Below are positions 29,801 through 39,156 of a stretch of 64,000 nt of DNA, piece by piece. The notes under the pieces are model-generated. The model was given only the letters and a program-made list of their open reading frames with translations. It did not search any database and was not told the origin of the DNA. Position 1 is the stretch's first letter. Every line of letters begins with the position of its first letter. Position numbers and translations under genes: made by a program. Source of the stretch: Candidatus Moraniibacteriota bacterium (GTDB taxonomy: Bacteria; Patescibacteriota; Minisyncoccia; Moranbacterales; UBA1568); the NCBI GenBank assembly GCA_016699875.1, contig CP064989.1, positions 85,380-149,379 on the forward strand. Reading direction: 5' to 3'.

Positions 29801-30895
29801 TTATTTTTCAATATCCCGAAGAGCTTCAAAAAGCCTTTTCTCCTCGCGCGAAAGATGCTTCGGAACACGCACCGTCACCGTCACCAAGTGATCTCCTCTC
29901 CCCCACGAACTCCCTACCGGAAGAAGCCCTTTGCTCCGAATGCGAAACACCTCGCCCGACTGCGTGCCGGCAGGAACTTTCATAGATACCAATCCATCAA
30001 TTGTCTCGACATCCACCGTATCGCCAAGCGCCGCTCGCACAGCAGAGACAGAAATATTCGAAAGCACATCATTGCCTCGTCGCGAAAAGACCGGGTGCGG
30101 TCGCACATGCACCGAAACCAAAAGATCGCCCGGCTGGCTCCCCGCCTCTCCCGCCTCGCCCTCACCCGAAAGCGAAAGCATCTGCCCATCCTCGATACCG
30201 GCCGGGATATCCAACGGAATTTCATCGGTTTTTTTCACACGTCCCGAACCGCGACACTCCAGACATTTCTCCGCATACACTTTCCCGCGCCCACCGCAAT
30301 CGCCACACACTTCCGCTTGCTGAAATGTCCCTAAGATACTCCGTACCGTTCGCCTCACTTGTCCGGCGCCATGACATGTCGGACAGTTTTGCTCTTTCGA
30401 CCCGCGCTTGCCGCCCGTGCCTGAACACAAAGAGCACGCCACTTCTCGTCGAAGCGAGAGCGTTTTCCGCACGCCAGCCGCCATTTCCTCAAATGAAATT
30501 TCAACGTCTACCTGAATGTCAGATCCGCGCCGCCGCGACCGACTGCCTCTTGACCGGCCGCCACCGAAAATATCCGAGAAAATATCTTCGAAACCCCCCT
30601 CAAAATGAAAGTTGCCATTCGAGAATCCCTCGAAGCCGCGGCCGAAATCGAAACCGCCAAACCCGGCACCTCCGCCGCCACCCTGCGAGAACGTCTCGCC
30701 GAACTGGTCATACTGCGCCCGCTTCTCTTTATTCGAAAGCACCTGGTACGCCTCATTGATCTCCTTGAACTTTGCCTCGTCGCCACCCTTTTTATCCGGA
30801 TGATGCGCATGTGCGAGCTTTCGATACGCCTTCTTAATCTCGTCCGCCGACGCCCCTCGGGCAACACCAAGTGTCTGATAGTAATCCTTCGCCAT
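29801..30895 (-). CDS. dnaJ: Molecular chaperone DnaJ
   Basis: MAKDYYQTLGV...HPDK J-domain, Gly/Phe-rich linker, four CxxCxGxG zinc-finger repeats. Confidence 0.9.
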   Translation of the reverse strand: MAKDYYQTLGVARGASADEIKKAYRKLAHAHHPDKKGGDEAKFKEINEAYQVLSNKEKRAQYDQFGETFSQGGGGGAGFGGFDFGRGFEGFSNGNFHFEGGFEDIFSDIFGGGRSRGSRSRRRGSDIQVDVEISFEEMAAGVRKTLSLRREVACSLCSGTGGKRGSKEQNCPTCHGAGQVRRTVRSILGTFQQAEVCGDCGGRGKVYAEKCLECRGSGRVKKTDEIPLDIPAGIEDGQMLSLSGEGEAGEAGSQPGDLLVSVHVRPHPVFSRRGNDVLSNISVSAVRAALGDTVDVETIDGLVSMKVPAGTQSGEVFRIRSKGLLPVGSSWGRGDHLVTVTVRVPKHLSREEKRLFEALRDIEK

Positions 30896-31032
30896 AGTCA
30901 GAAAGTATACAAGCAATGCTTTCAGTCTACCCCAAACTCAAAAAATTAGCAATCACCAAAAGTGAGTGCTAATTCCAAAGACTGCAGAGATACATTTACG
31001 AAAAAGAGCGAACTACAAGCGCTATATTGCTG

Positions 31033-31431
31033 TTATCGCTTAGTAATTTTATCAAAATTGAACATGAAGTTCTTGTTGTTCAAATCATGCTCCCATATTC
31101 GTATTACGTTCCACCCGAGTTTTTTGTAGTGGAGAGTAACCTCTTTGTCCCGTTCCTTATTTCGGGAAATCTTCTTCATCCAAAATTCTTTTCGAGTTTC
31201 CGGAATAGAACCATGTCTCTGGCATCCGTGCCAGAAGCATGAATCCAAAAATAGCACAGTTTTGTATTTTGGTAGAACTAGATCGGGTTTACCATGATAT
31301 TTCTTTGAATTTTTTAAGTATCTGAATCCCCGCTTCCAAAGTTTCTTTCTAAAATCAACCTCGATTTTACTATCCTTACTCTTAACTTTAGACATTATCT
31401 CACTCCGCTTCCTGTCCGTGTAAATGTCCAT
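31033..31431 (-). CDS. vsr: Very-short-patch-repair endonuclease
   Basis: SKIEVDFRKKLWKRGFRY...FLDSCFWHGC motifs of Vsr. Confidence 0.85.
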   Translation of the reverse strand: MDIYTDRKRSEIMSKVKSKDSKIEVDFRKKLWKRGFRYLKNSKKYHGKPDLVLPKYKTVLFLDSCFWHGCQRHGSIPETRKEFWMKKISRNKERDKEVTLHYKKLGWNVIRIWEHDLNNKNFMFNFDKITKR

Positions 31432-31439
31432 ATAAAGAC

Positions 31440-33083
31440 CTACAGCACAACTGCATTATCTAACCTGTAATACAGGTGAGAAAGTAGTGCAAGCGCATCC
31501 AGACAATCACGGTCAGTATATAATCCTGACTGTCCCAAATCTTCAACCTCTTCATGTGAAATTGGATCTCTGAATGCGTCCCACATTGCGAGTGCAAGCA
31601 TTCTATGACCTTCAGTGATATTTTTGACAGTATCAGCCTCAAACGAATCGCCGTTTGGCTTACTAAAAGCATCGGTAACTGACATTTTTGGATTTTTGAG
31701 CGCAAACACATTTTCGATCAGGTTTCGGTCCGTGATCGTAGAGCTGGATTTTGCCTTTAGATTATTTATGTACTTTTTTACTCCTTCGAACACAGCGGTG
31801 TAGTAGTTGCCATCCTTATAATAACGAAAGGCCAAAGTCTTTAATTCGGGGTGTAGGTTTCTCCAGTGAAAATATGGATATGGCTTAATGATTTTCTGCA
31901 ATCCTTTCAAGCTGCTTGTGAGATCGTCATCTGCAAGTTCAGATTCACTAAGTAGGGCGCCGATAACGGGGTCAAGATCATCCTTTATTTCTTCTGGAAT
32001 GTGGCTTCGCCATTCGCCAATACTCATTCCTGTTCGTTTTTCGGCTTCTTCTGCACGCAAATCTGCTCGTTTTCTGCGCCAATCTCGTTCAAGCGAATTA
32101 ATCATCCTTTGTAGACACAGTTTAAGTTTCTGCATCTCAGGATGACCCCAGTTGAGAGCTTGACGGTTTGTCGATATCACATCTTCGTCTAGCTCATCTA
32201 TATAGTCCACTTCAAGCCAGCCAGTCAAATACGAAAAGAAGTGGCTTGATGTGCTGTCAGAAAAGTATTCCGGAAGATTAACGAGCTTTTTGCGAGAAAA
32301 TAACGTAATACCTCGCATATTTGTACGAGGTGAAATTGGTTTCTTTGTTGCAATCAAATGTCCTGATATCTTATCTTTTACTTCGCATTCCCATTCTTCT
32401 GCCAGATCATTGGGGATACTCCACTCAACCTCCTTATCCAAATCGTTGTATTTTCGTTCGTTCTCAACCGGCACTGTATCACCATCGTTAAGTTGTATAG
32501 AAATTCCAAAATCCTCGTCCACAATGAACATTTTTGATAGACTATTGGCTACTTCTTCAGCATCAAAATCCGATTCGCGTTGGATTTCTCTCAGCATAAC
32601 GGTGGTTCCCATCTCATCTCCACAATCTTCATCATTGATAACAACTGTTGGGTGGTACTCTTTTTCTTCAGCTTGAATTTCATCCCATCGAAGCTTGAAT
32701 GTATTATGCTTACCGGCTTTCTTTGTGGATATTTCCACTTCGTGAGCTATGCCAAAAAATGATAGTTTTCCTAAACCTTTTTTGCCAATTATCTTTCGGC
32801 CGCCTGGACTAACATCTGTTTGATCCTCGTGACGACGGTCGCGGCCAATCATCAGAAACTTTTCGTCAATTTCTTGAAACGTCATTCCATGACCATCGTC
32901 TGACACAACAATTTCTTTATTCGTGCCGTCGTCCAGAAGATGAATATGTACTTGTTCCGCATCCGCATCATACGCATTAGCAACAAGCTCTGCCAATACG
33001 GGTGGCAAAGTTGAATATAGCCGAACGCCCAGGTGCTTTATGGTGCGCGGATCGAATTTCATTGTCAGTGTTGGCTCAGGCAT
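31440..33083 (-). CDS. GHKL-superfamily (HATPase_c_3, MORC-like) ATPase with C-terminal R-x4-H (HEPN-like) domain
   Basis: Bergerat-fold boxes: N-box ELVANAYDA, G1 DDGHGMT, G2 GKKGLGKLS. The C-terminal ~170 aa carry WDAFRDPISHEE (R-x4-H). 8-bp overlap with dcm and an 8-bp gap to vsr imply one operon. Confidence 0.7.
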   Translation of the reverse strand: MPEPTLTMKFDPRTIKHLGVRLYSTLPPVLAELVANAYDADAEQVHIHLLDDGTNKEIVVSDDGHGMTFQEIDEKFLMIGRDRRHEDQTDVSPGGRKIIGKKGLGKLSFFGIAHEVEISTKKAGKHNTFKLRWDEIQAEEKEYHPTVVINDEDCGDEMGTTVMLREIQRESDFDAEEVANSLSKMFIVDEDFGISIQLNDGDTVPVENERKYNDLDKEVEWSIPNDLAEEWECEVKDKISGHLIATKKPISPRTNMRGITLFSRKKLVNLPEYFSDSTSSHFFSYLTGWLEVDYIDELDEDVISTNRQALNWGHPEMQKLKLCLQRMINSLERDWRRKRADLRAEEAEKRTGMSIGEWRSHIPEEIKDDLDPVIGALLSESELADDDLTSSLKGLQKIIKPYPYFHWRNLHPELKTLAFRYYKDGNYYTAVFEGVKKYINNLKAKSSSTITDRNLIENVFALKNPKMSVTDAFSKPNGDSFEADTVKNITEGHRMLALAMWDAFRDPISHEEVEDLGQSGLYTDRDCLDALALLSHLYYRLDNAVVL

Positions 33084-34194
33084 TGGACTTTACGTTACCA
33101 TCAACAGACTTTATGATTTGCTCACCCAAGATTCTTGCAAACTCGGGAGGAACTGCATTACCAATCATTTTGGCAACATCCGCTGTGTTTGCGCTGATAA
33201 ACTCGTAACTTTTCGGAAAGGTTTGCAGTGTTGCTCCTTCGCGAAGTGAAATGCCTCGATCCTCTTCTGGATGAGCGAACCGACCATTGCTGATGCTATA
33301 AAACTTGGTGGTGATTGTGGGAGAAGGTTTGTCCCACCACATACGACCGTAAGTATCAGAGAATTTCTTTTTCTTGCCGTCATCAGATGAGAAACAGGCG
33401 AGCGCATGGCTTTTCTTGCTTTGCCAAACACTGCGATCCCCTCCATCCTTTGGCGTCATCCTCAAACGATCCAGGTTCTTTTTGCTCAAGCCGGCCACGG
33501 TGTGCATCCGCTTTGTTCCATCTTTATGTCCGGCAACCACTACCGCAAACCCATTGTTCACGCCGATAGCATCCCTGACCGTTCTACGCTTTTTTATTGG
33601 TTTTGGCAACTCGACACCGGCTACCCGCGAGGCCAACAGCGTAAAGCGTCGACGTCTTTGCGGAATGCCATACTCAGACATATTCACAACATGAAAATCA
33701 TTGAACTTGTACCCGATTTTCTCGATCGACTTTATAAATGAATTTATGGGACCGCCTTTTTTCGAAGAAGAAATCCCCGGGACGTTCTCCACCAAAATAT
33801 ATCCGGGCATGAAGTATTCAACGTATTTCTGAAAATCGAGAATAAGATTTTTTGTCTTCTCAGACCTCTTCTTGCTCGTGCGGATAATACTCCAGAATTG
33901 ACACGGAGCGCATCCGGCAAACAGAAGATTATCATCACCTCTCCTTAAATTCAAATCTTTCTCCATGCCCTTTGGTGAATAGCTAGTCACATCTCTATCC
34001 AAAAACACCGCCCCCGGATTGTTTTTTTCATATGTTTCTTTACAGATACTATCGTTATCTACCCCTGCAATCACATTAATACCAGCCATGCGTAGACCAT
34101 ACGTAAGACCACCAGCACCTGAAAAGAAATCCACTGCTTTAATTCTTCCATTTTTTACCACTTTAAGAGGGTTCGACATCGACATATCTTTCAT
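33076..34194 (-). CDS. dcm: DNA (cytosine-5)-methyltransferase
   Basis: Motif I DFFSGAGGLTYG, motif IV PCQFWS (PCQ), motif VI ENVPG. Classic C5-MTase. Confidence 0.85.
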   Translation of the reverse strand: MKDMSMSNPLKVVKNGRIKAVDFFSGAGGLTYGLRMAGINVIAGVDNDSICKETYEKNNPGAVFLDRDVTSYSPKGMEKDLNLRRGDDNLLFAGCAPCQFWSIIRTSKKRSEKTKNLILDFQKYVEYFMPGYILVENVPGISSSKKGGPINSFIKSIEKIGYKFNDFHVVNMSEYGIPQRRRRFTLLASRVAGVELPKPIKKRRTVRDAIGVNNGFAVVVAGHKDGTKRMHTVAGLSKKNLDRLRMTPKDGGDRSVWQSKKSHALACFSSDDGKKKKFSDTYGRMWWDKPSPTITTKFYSISNGRFAHPEEDRGISLREGATLQTFPKSYEFISANTADVAKMIGNAVPPEFARILGEQIIKSVDGNVKSNA

Positions 34195-34332
34195 TTACAT
34201 AGAATCAAACCAAATCACGAAAATCAAAAAGCCTGCACCCAAGATACATCCAGATTGTACCACTAAACACATTGCCACTCTCAAGAGAGTATGTCCGAGG
34301 CGATAAAGCGAAAAAAATTTAAAAAATGTAGC

Positions 34333-35376
34333 CTACAATCCATTTTTGGCTTTATTCTTCACATGCTCCTCGAAGGTTTTGGAGAAGAAGGTTTGGCCGG
34401 TTTGAGGGTTATTGAGGAAGAAGTAGTAGTCGTTGGCGATCGGGAAGAGCGCGGCGCGAAGCGAGACAAGTCCCGGATTCGATATGGGTCCGGGCGGAAG
34501 CCCCTTGTTGGCGTAGGTATTGTAGGGCGAATCGACGGCGATATCTTCGGCGGAATGCTGAATCTTTGTCGCGCCGCCTCGCGCGTACTGCACCGTCGCA
34601 TCACTCTCAAGCGCGTGCCCATCGGCAAGCCGTCGCCAAAAGAGATCGCTCACCATTCCCCGTTCGCGTACGATATCTTCCGCAGACTGTCTCGCCGTGC
34701 CGATCTCCCGCTCGACGATACTCGCCATCGTCACAATCTCGAGAATACTCTTCCCTTGTCGCATCGTCTCCGTTTGCATATCAGCTGTGAAGCGCGTCTC
34801 GAAATTCCGAAGCATTTTCGAAATGATATCCTCCGGAGTCGCCGAGAGAAGAAACGTGTACGTATCCGGAAAGAGAAATCCCTCGAGCGACGCGCGCTCC
34901 GGCACACCCGCCAGCACCGGATATTTCTCACGCCACTCAGCAAGCGGGTTCGTAACCAGCGCCAAGAATCCATTGCCGTCAAACTCGTTCGCCGAGAGTC
35001 GAGCGGCCATCTGTTGAGCCGTCCATCCTTCGGGGAATGTCAGCGTGATCTCCTTTGGCTTCCCGTCATTCAAGAGGAATATCGTCACCACTTCCGGCGA
35101 GGTGAGTTTTCCGGGGATTACAAAATCCCCTGCATGAATCTTTCCTCGGAGACCCCCCAGCCACGCGCTCCACAAGAAATACCATCGTGATACCACAAGA
35201 TGCTCGCTCTCAAGGCGATTCGCTACCGAGAACACGTTTTCATGCTCATTGATATGAAAGAGCCGCTCCCCAACAAATTCGCTCTGTACTGATTTCGCTC
35301 GATAGACAAAAACACCAGCACCAATGCCAGCAAAAATACACAACCCAAGGAATCCAAACAAAAGCCTCCTGAGCAC
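34333..35376 (-). CDS. mltG: Endolytic murein transglycosylase MltG (YceG-like)
   Basis: N-terminal TM, YceG domain with GLPPGPISNPG and YYFFLNNPQTGQTFFSKTFEEH. Confidence 0.85.
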   Translation of the reverse strand: MLRRLLFGFLGLCIFAGIGAGVFVYRAKSVQSEFVGERLFHINEHENVFSVANRLESEHLVVSRWYFLWSAWLGGLRGKIHAGDFVIPGKLTSPEVVTIFLLNDGKPKEITLTFPEGWTAQQMAARLSANEFDGNGFLALVTNPLAEWREKYPVLAGVPERASLEGFLFPDTYTFLLSATPEDIISKMLRNFETRFTADMQTETMRQGKSILEIVTMASIVEREIGTARQSAEDIVRERGMVSDLFWRRLADGHALESDATVQYARGGATKIQHSAEDIAVDSPYNTYANKGLPPGPISNPGLVSLRAALFPIANDYYFFLNNPQTGQTFFSKTFEEHVKNKAKNGL

Positions 35377-35380
35377 AAGA

Positions 35381-35827
35381 TTATTCTAATTCTTTCCGCA
35401 TATCTTCAAGCCATTGCTCCAGTGTTTTTCCATTTTGAGCCGCCAATGTTCTTTGCTCATCCATCCATCCGGGGACCTCGGAATCCACTATTACTTGAAA
35501 TCGTTTCGCCCGTTTTTCATCCTCCTCTGTCCAGCCTGCCGGTCTCTTTCCTCTCTTAGAAGCTAATAAAGTTTTCCACTCTTCCACTTCATTTGTTAGC
35601 TTCCGCTGGAATTGTATCCAGCTTTCTAGTGACATTCCTGAAGATTGTGCCAGCCGTCTTTGTTCTTCAATTGGAAGGTCCAAAACATCCTGAACTTTTC
35701 GATTTTCTTTGTGCCCTATCCATAAGCTCTTTCCTATTGTTTGTTCAAATGATTCCCTTTCAAGAACAGCTAATTCCTTTTGACGTTTATTTAATCGGTA
35801 AATCCAGAACAGTGTGCATAGCGACAT
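35381..35827 (-). CDS. Hypothetical protein with internally repeated helical motif
   Basis: 148 aa. Repeated ..SLESWIQFQRKL.. / ..TLEQWLEDMRKEL.. segments. No family recognised. Confidence 0.4.
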   Translation of the reverse strand: MSLCTLFWIYRLNKRQKELAVLERESFEQTIGKSLWIGHKENRKVQDVLDLPIEEQRRLAQSSGMSLESWIQFQRKLTNEVEEWKTLLASKRGKRPAGWTEEDEKRAKRFQVIVDSEVPGWMDEQRTLAAQNGKTLEQWLEDMRKELE

Positions 35828-35907
35828 TTGTCATATATACCCGTGAGCTCTCCACTCAACTGATTGTCGACTTTCGACTCAACAACACATCTCGAATATC
35901 TCTGCGC

Positions 35908-36348
35908 TCAAATCCCCATCACCTGCACCACAACATCGCGCTTCCTGGCGCCATCAAACTCGAGTGCGAAAATACTTTGGAGCGGCGAGAGAATAAGATC
36001 GCCGCGCTCGATCAGCACCGTCTCACTCGATCCGACAAGCAGCGCCTTGCAGTGCGAATGCCCATTGCTCCGCCCGTCGGAAGGGCGCTCCTTGCGAAGC
36101 TCGAAGAGATCATGCGAGTAGTGATCGTCGATCGGCGCCACTTTGTAGAGAATACGCATGAAGTCCTGCAAAAGAAGCGGCTCGTTGTGATTGATCACAA
36201 CGCTCATTGTCGTATGCGCCGAAAATACCGTCACCTGCCCCTGCCGAATACCTGATTCGCGCACGATATCGCGCACACGATCCGTAATATCCACGAAGTC
36301 GATCTGCGTCCGACTCTCAAAGGGAACGACCTGTTTGTGTATTCTCAT
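35908..36348 (-). CDS. yjbQ: YjbQ/UPF0047 family protein (secondary thiamine-phosphate synthase-like)
   Basis: IDITD...TVFSAHTTMSVVINHNEP...GHSHCKALLVGSS family signature. Confidence 0.7.
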   Translation of the reverse strand: MRIHKQVVPFESRTQIDFVDITDRVRDIVRESGIRQGQVTVFSAHTTMSVVINHNEPLLLQDFMRILYKVAPIDDHYSHDLFELRKERPSDGRSNGHSHCKALLVGSSETVLIERGDLILSPLQSIFALEFDGARKRDVVVQVMGI

Positions 36349-36366
36349 ACCCTCCTCTTTTGTGTT

Positions 36367-36681
36367 TTATGCTTTCGACAGAGCATCTTTGAGCACATCC
36401 TTCTGTTGAAGACCCAAAAACTCTTTCACGACTTTCCCGCCTTTGAAAATCTTGAGACTCGGAATAGACATGATGCCATATTCTGAAGCGCGTTTCGGAT
36501 TCTCATCCACATCGAGCTTGCCCACCTTTGCCGTCGATTTCACTTCCTCGGCGAGTTCTTCAATCACCGGACCCATCGCCTGACACGGGCCACACCACTG
36601 CGCCCAAAAATCCACCAATACCGGCTGCTCACTCTTCAACACCTCTTCCTCGAAATTATCGTCAGTAAATGTATGTGCCAT
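36367..36681 (-). CDS. trxA: Thioredoxin
   Basis: WCGPCQ active site. Start at internal MAHTFTDDNF gives a ~105-aa Trx. Confidence 0.85.
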   Translation of the reverse strand: MAHTFTDDNFEEEVLKSEQPVLVDFWAQWCGPCQAMGPVIEELAEEVKSTAKVGKLDVDENPKRASEYGIMSIPSLKIFKGGKVVKEFLGLQQKDVLKDALSKA

Positions 36682-36773
36682 ACTACTTGAAATTATTTGA
36701 TACGATACGTATTGTCTCATTTGCAACATCATCGGAACAACAAAAGACAAGGAAACAAACTGAGAATACCAGG

Positions 36774-37064
36774 CTAATGGGATTTCTGGAGAATGTTTCC
36801 GCCCTTTCCTTCGCCACCAAGGAAATCTGATAACTCATGCGCAAACACTCCGTCGCGCTTGCCAATCCAGGCCAAGAGCATTGCGGCATGTTCTTTTTCT
36901 TCGTCCCGATTGTGCTCGAGAATACCTCGAAGTTCTTCGTCAGTCGCTATCTCGGCGCGCTGATTGTACCAGTCAATCGCCTCCAACTCTTCTCGCAGAG
37001 AATCGATCGCCCGTTTCATATCAAGCGCCTCGGAGCTCAACTTCCCTCGCTCTTCATGCAGCAT
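36774..37064 (-). CDS. Ferritin-like (EncFtn/rubrerythrin-like) small protein
   Basis: 96 aa with EELEAI and DEEKEHAAML motifs resembling E..E / ExxH di-iron ligands. No encapsulin shell gene is adjacent. Confidence 0.45.
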   Translation of the reverse strand: MLHEERGKLSSEALDMKRAIDSLREELEAIDWYNQRAEIATDEELRGILEHNRDEEKEHAAMLLAWIGKRDGVFAHELSDFLGGEGKGGNILQKSH

Positions 37065-37142
37065 AGGCGTGTCATTATTCGGATTATCCCCCTCAGTATC
37101 ACCAGTATATCACAGAGAAGAATCGACAGAAAAGACCCGCCG

Positions 37143-39065
37143 CTATCCATCATTCTTCCGGAGAACATCGAGAAATGCTTGCGGAGGAATTGTCACGCCG
37201 CCAATCGCGCGCATCTTTTTCTTTCCTTTCTTCTGTTTTTCGAGAAGCTTGCGTTTCCTGGTCACATCGCCACCATAGAGCTTTGCGATCACATCTTTTC
37301 GAAAGGCCGATATCGTCTCGCGCGCAATAACCTTGCCACCCACAGCCGCCTGGATAGCAACGGCAAAATTATGCCGAGGAATCACCGTTTTCAATTTCTC
37401 AACCGTCTCTTTCCCTTCTGAGAACGCTCGGGATTTCGGCACCATACGGGAAAACGCCTCAACCGGCTCATTCGCGACAATGATGTCCAGACGGACCACG
37501 TCCGATTTCCGGTAACCGATCGGCTCGTAGTTCATCGATGCAAACCCCGATGAAACACTTTTCAGCCGATCGTGAAAACTCACGATCACATCCATGAGTG
37601 GCGCGTCGAAGGTCAGCAACACACGCTCTTCATCAAGATACTCCGTATTCCGATACTCTGCGCGAATCGATGCCGAGAGATCCATGAGCGCTCCCAGGAA
37701 CGATGTGGGTGCCACCACCTTGAGATCGACATACGGTTCATATATTGCTTCAATCGATGCCGGGTCCGGCATATCCATAGGAGAATACAACGGCACGCGA
37801 CCTTCTTTTCCGCGCAATTCCAGCTCATAAATAACCGAGGGCGTTGTTATTGTTGGCGTAATTTCAAATTCACGCTCAAGTCGCGCCTGCACTATTTCGA
37901 GATGGAGCAGTCCCAAAAATCCGCATCGGAATCCTCGCCCGAGCGCCACATTACTCTCCGGTTCGAATGCAAATGCCGCATCATTCAATTTCAATTTATC
38001 CAACGCATCGCGCATCTCCGCATAGTCATCACCATCAACCGGATAGAGACTCGCATACACCATCGGTTTCACATCCTGATAACCGGGCAACGCCTCAACC
38101 GTTCCCACGCCCGATTGTCGGTCACCGCGAATAGCGATTGTAATAGTATCTCCGACACGACAGGAGGCCACATCTTTTTGTCCCGTCGCCAAGTAGCCGA
38201 TATCGCCTGCGGACAACTCGCCAACCGGCACAAGCTCCGGCTTCATAATACCCGCCTCAATCGCCAAGCTCTCAGTCGATGTCGCCATCATGCGAAGCAC
38301 ATCATCCCGACGAACCATGCCGTCCACAATACGCACCGATGCCACAACACCCTTATACGTATTGTAAGCGGAATCGAAAATAAGCGCGCGAAGCGGTTCG
38401 TCCCTGTTTCCTCGAGGCGCTGGCACGCGTTCAACAACAGCGCGCAAAATATCCGAGACCCCCAAACCCGTCTTTCCGGACGCCAAGAGAATGTCCGTTT
38501 CGAGACACCCGAGCACATGGAGGATTTCTTTTTTTGTCTTTTCAACATTTGCCGCCGGCAAATCCACTTTGTTGATGACCGGGATAATTTCAAGCCCCTC
38601 TTCGATTGCCAGGTAGAGATTCGCCAGCGTTTGCGCCTGCACACCCTTGGTTGCATCTACCAAGAGAATCGCACCCTCAACCGCCGCCAGAGACCGCGAC
38701 ACTTCGTAATGAAAATCCACATGTCCCGGCGTATCGATAAGATTCAGCACGTACTTCCCAAAAGGAATAGTGGAGACATCCTTCTTGCGGCTTCTGGATT
38801 CCTGATTCCCCGCCTCAGATTTATCATTCTCTCCTCCCAAATTCTTACCGCCTACCTTTGCCTGATACTCATACTCCATCCGAACCGGCTGAAGCTTTAT
38901 TGTAATACCGCGCTCGCGCTCCAGATCCATCTGATCCAGAAGTTGCGCTTTCATCTTCCGCTTCTCGACTGTTGCCGTCTCTTCCAAGAGCCGATCTGCC
39001 AAAGTCGACTTCCCATGGTCGATATGCGCGATAATGCAGAAATTTCTAATAAACCGCTGGTCCAT
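37143..39065 (-). CDS. lepA: Translation elongation factor 4 (LepA) with lineage-specific insertion in the G domain
   Basis: FCIIAHIDHGKSTLADRLLE G1 motif, DTPGHVDF G3. A ~35-aa low-complexity insert (GGKNLGGENDKSEAGNQESRSRKKD) sits before DTPGH. Confidence 0.9.
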   Translation of the reverse strand: MDQRFIRNFCIIAHIDHGKSTLADRLLEETATVEKRKMKAQLLDQMDLERERGITIKLQPVRMEYEYQAKVGGKNLGGENDKSEAGNQESRSRKKDVSTIPFGKYVLNLIDTPGHVDFHYEVSRSLAAVEGAILLVDATKGVQAQTLANLYLAIEEGLEIIPVINKVDLPAANVEKTKKEILHVLGCLETDILLASGKTGLGVSDILRAVVERVPAPRGNRDEPLRALIFDSAYNTYKGVVASVRIVDGMVRRDDVLRMMATSTESLAIEAGIMKPELVPVGELSAGDIGYLATGQKDVASCRVGDTITIAIRGDRQSGVGTVEALPGYQDVKPMVYASLYPVDGDDYAEMRDALDKLKLNDAAFAFEPESNVALGRGFRCGFLGLLHLEIVQARLEREFEITPTITTPSVIYELELRGKEGRVPLYSPMDMPDPASIEAIYEPYVDLKVVAPTSFLGALMDLSASIRAEYRNTEYLDEERVLLTFDAPLMDVIVSFHDRLKSVSSGFASMNYEPIGYRKSDVVRLDIIVANEPVEAFSRMVPKSRAFSEGKETVEKLKTVIPRHNFAVAIQAAVGGKVIARETISAFRKDVIAKLYGGDVTRKRKLLEKQKKGKKKMRAIGGVTIPPQAFLDVLRKNDG

Positions 39066-39156
39066 ATTTCCCCTTACTCAAAACAAAAAGAAGCTTCTTA
39101 CAGCTCCTTCACAGTAATATAGACCCCCGAAAAAGGCAATCGCAACCGTCTCTTCG

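Noticed and set aside
29294-30759. Two long +strand ORFs (346 aa at 29294..30334 and 252 aa at 30001..30759)
   Set aside because: Antisense to thpR/dnaJ. Extremely Arg/Ser/Pro-rich translations typical of GC-rich antisense frames.
37572-39122. 516-aa +strand ORF
   Set aside because: Fully antisense to lepA, which has unmistakable GTPase motifs. Arg/His/Cys-rich low-complexity translation typical of a shadow ORF.
39066-39156. AAGAAGCTTCTT palindrome followed by TTTTTGTTTT on the minus strand, after murJ
   Set aside because: The stem is only 4-6 bp, so it is a marginal terminator candidate. Not listed as a feature.
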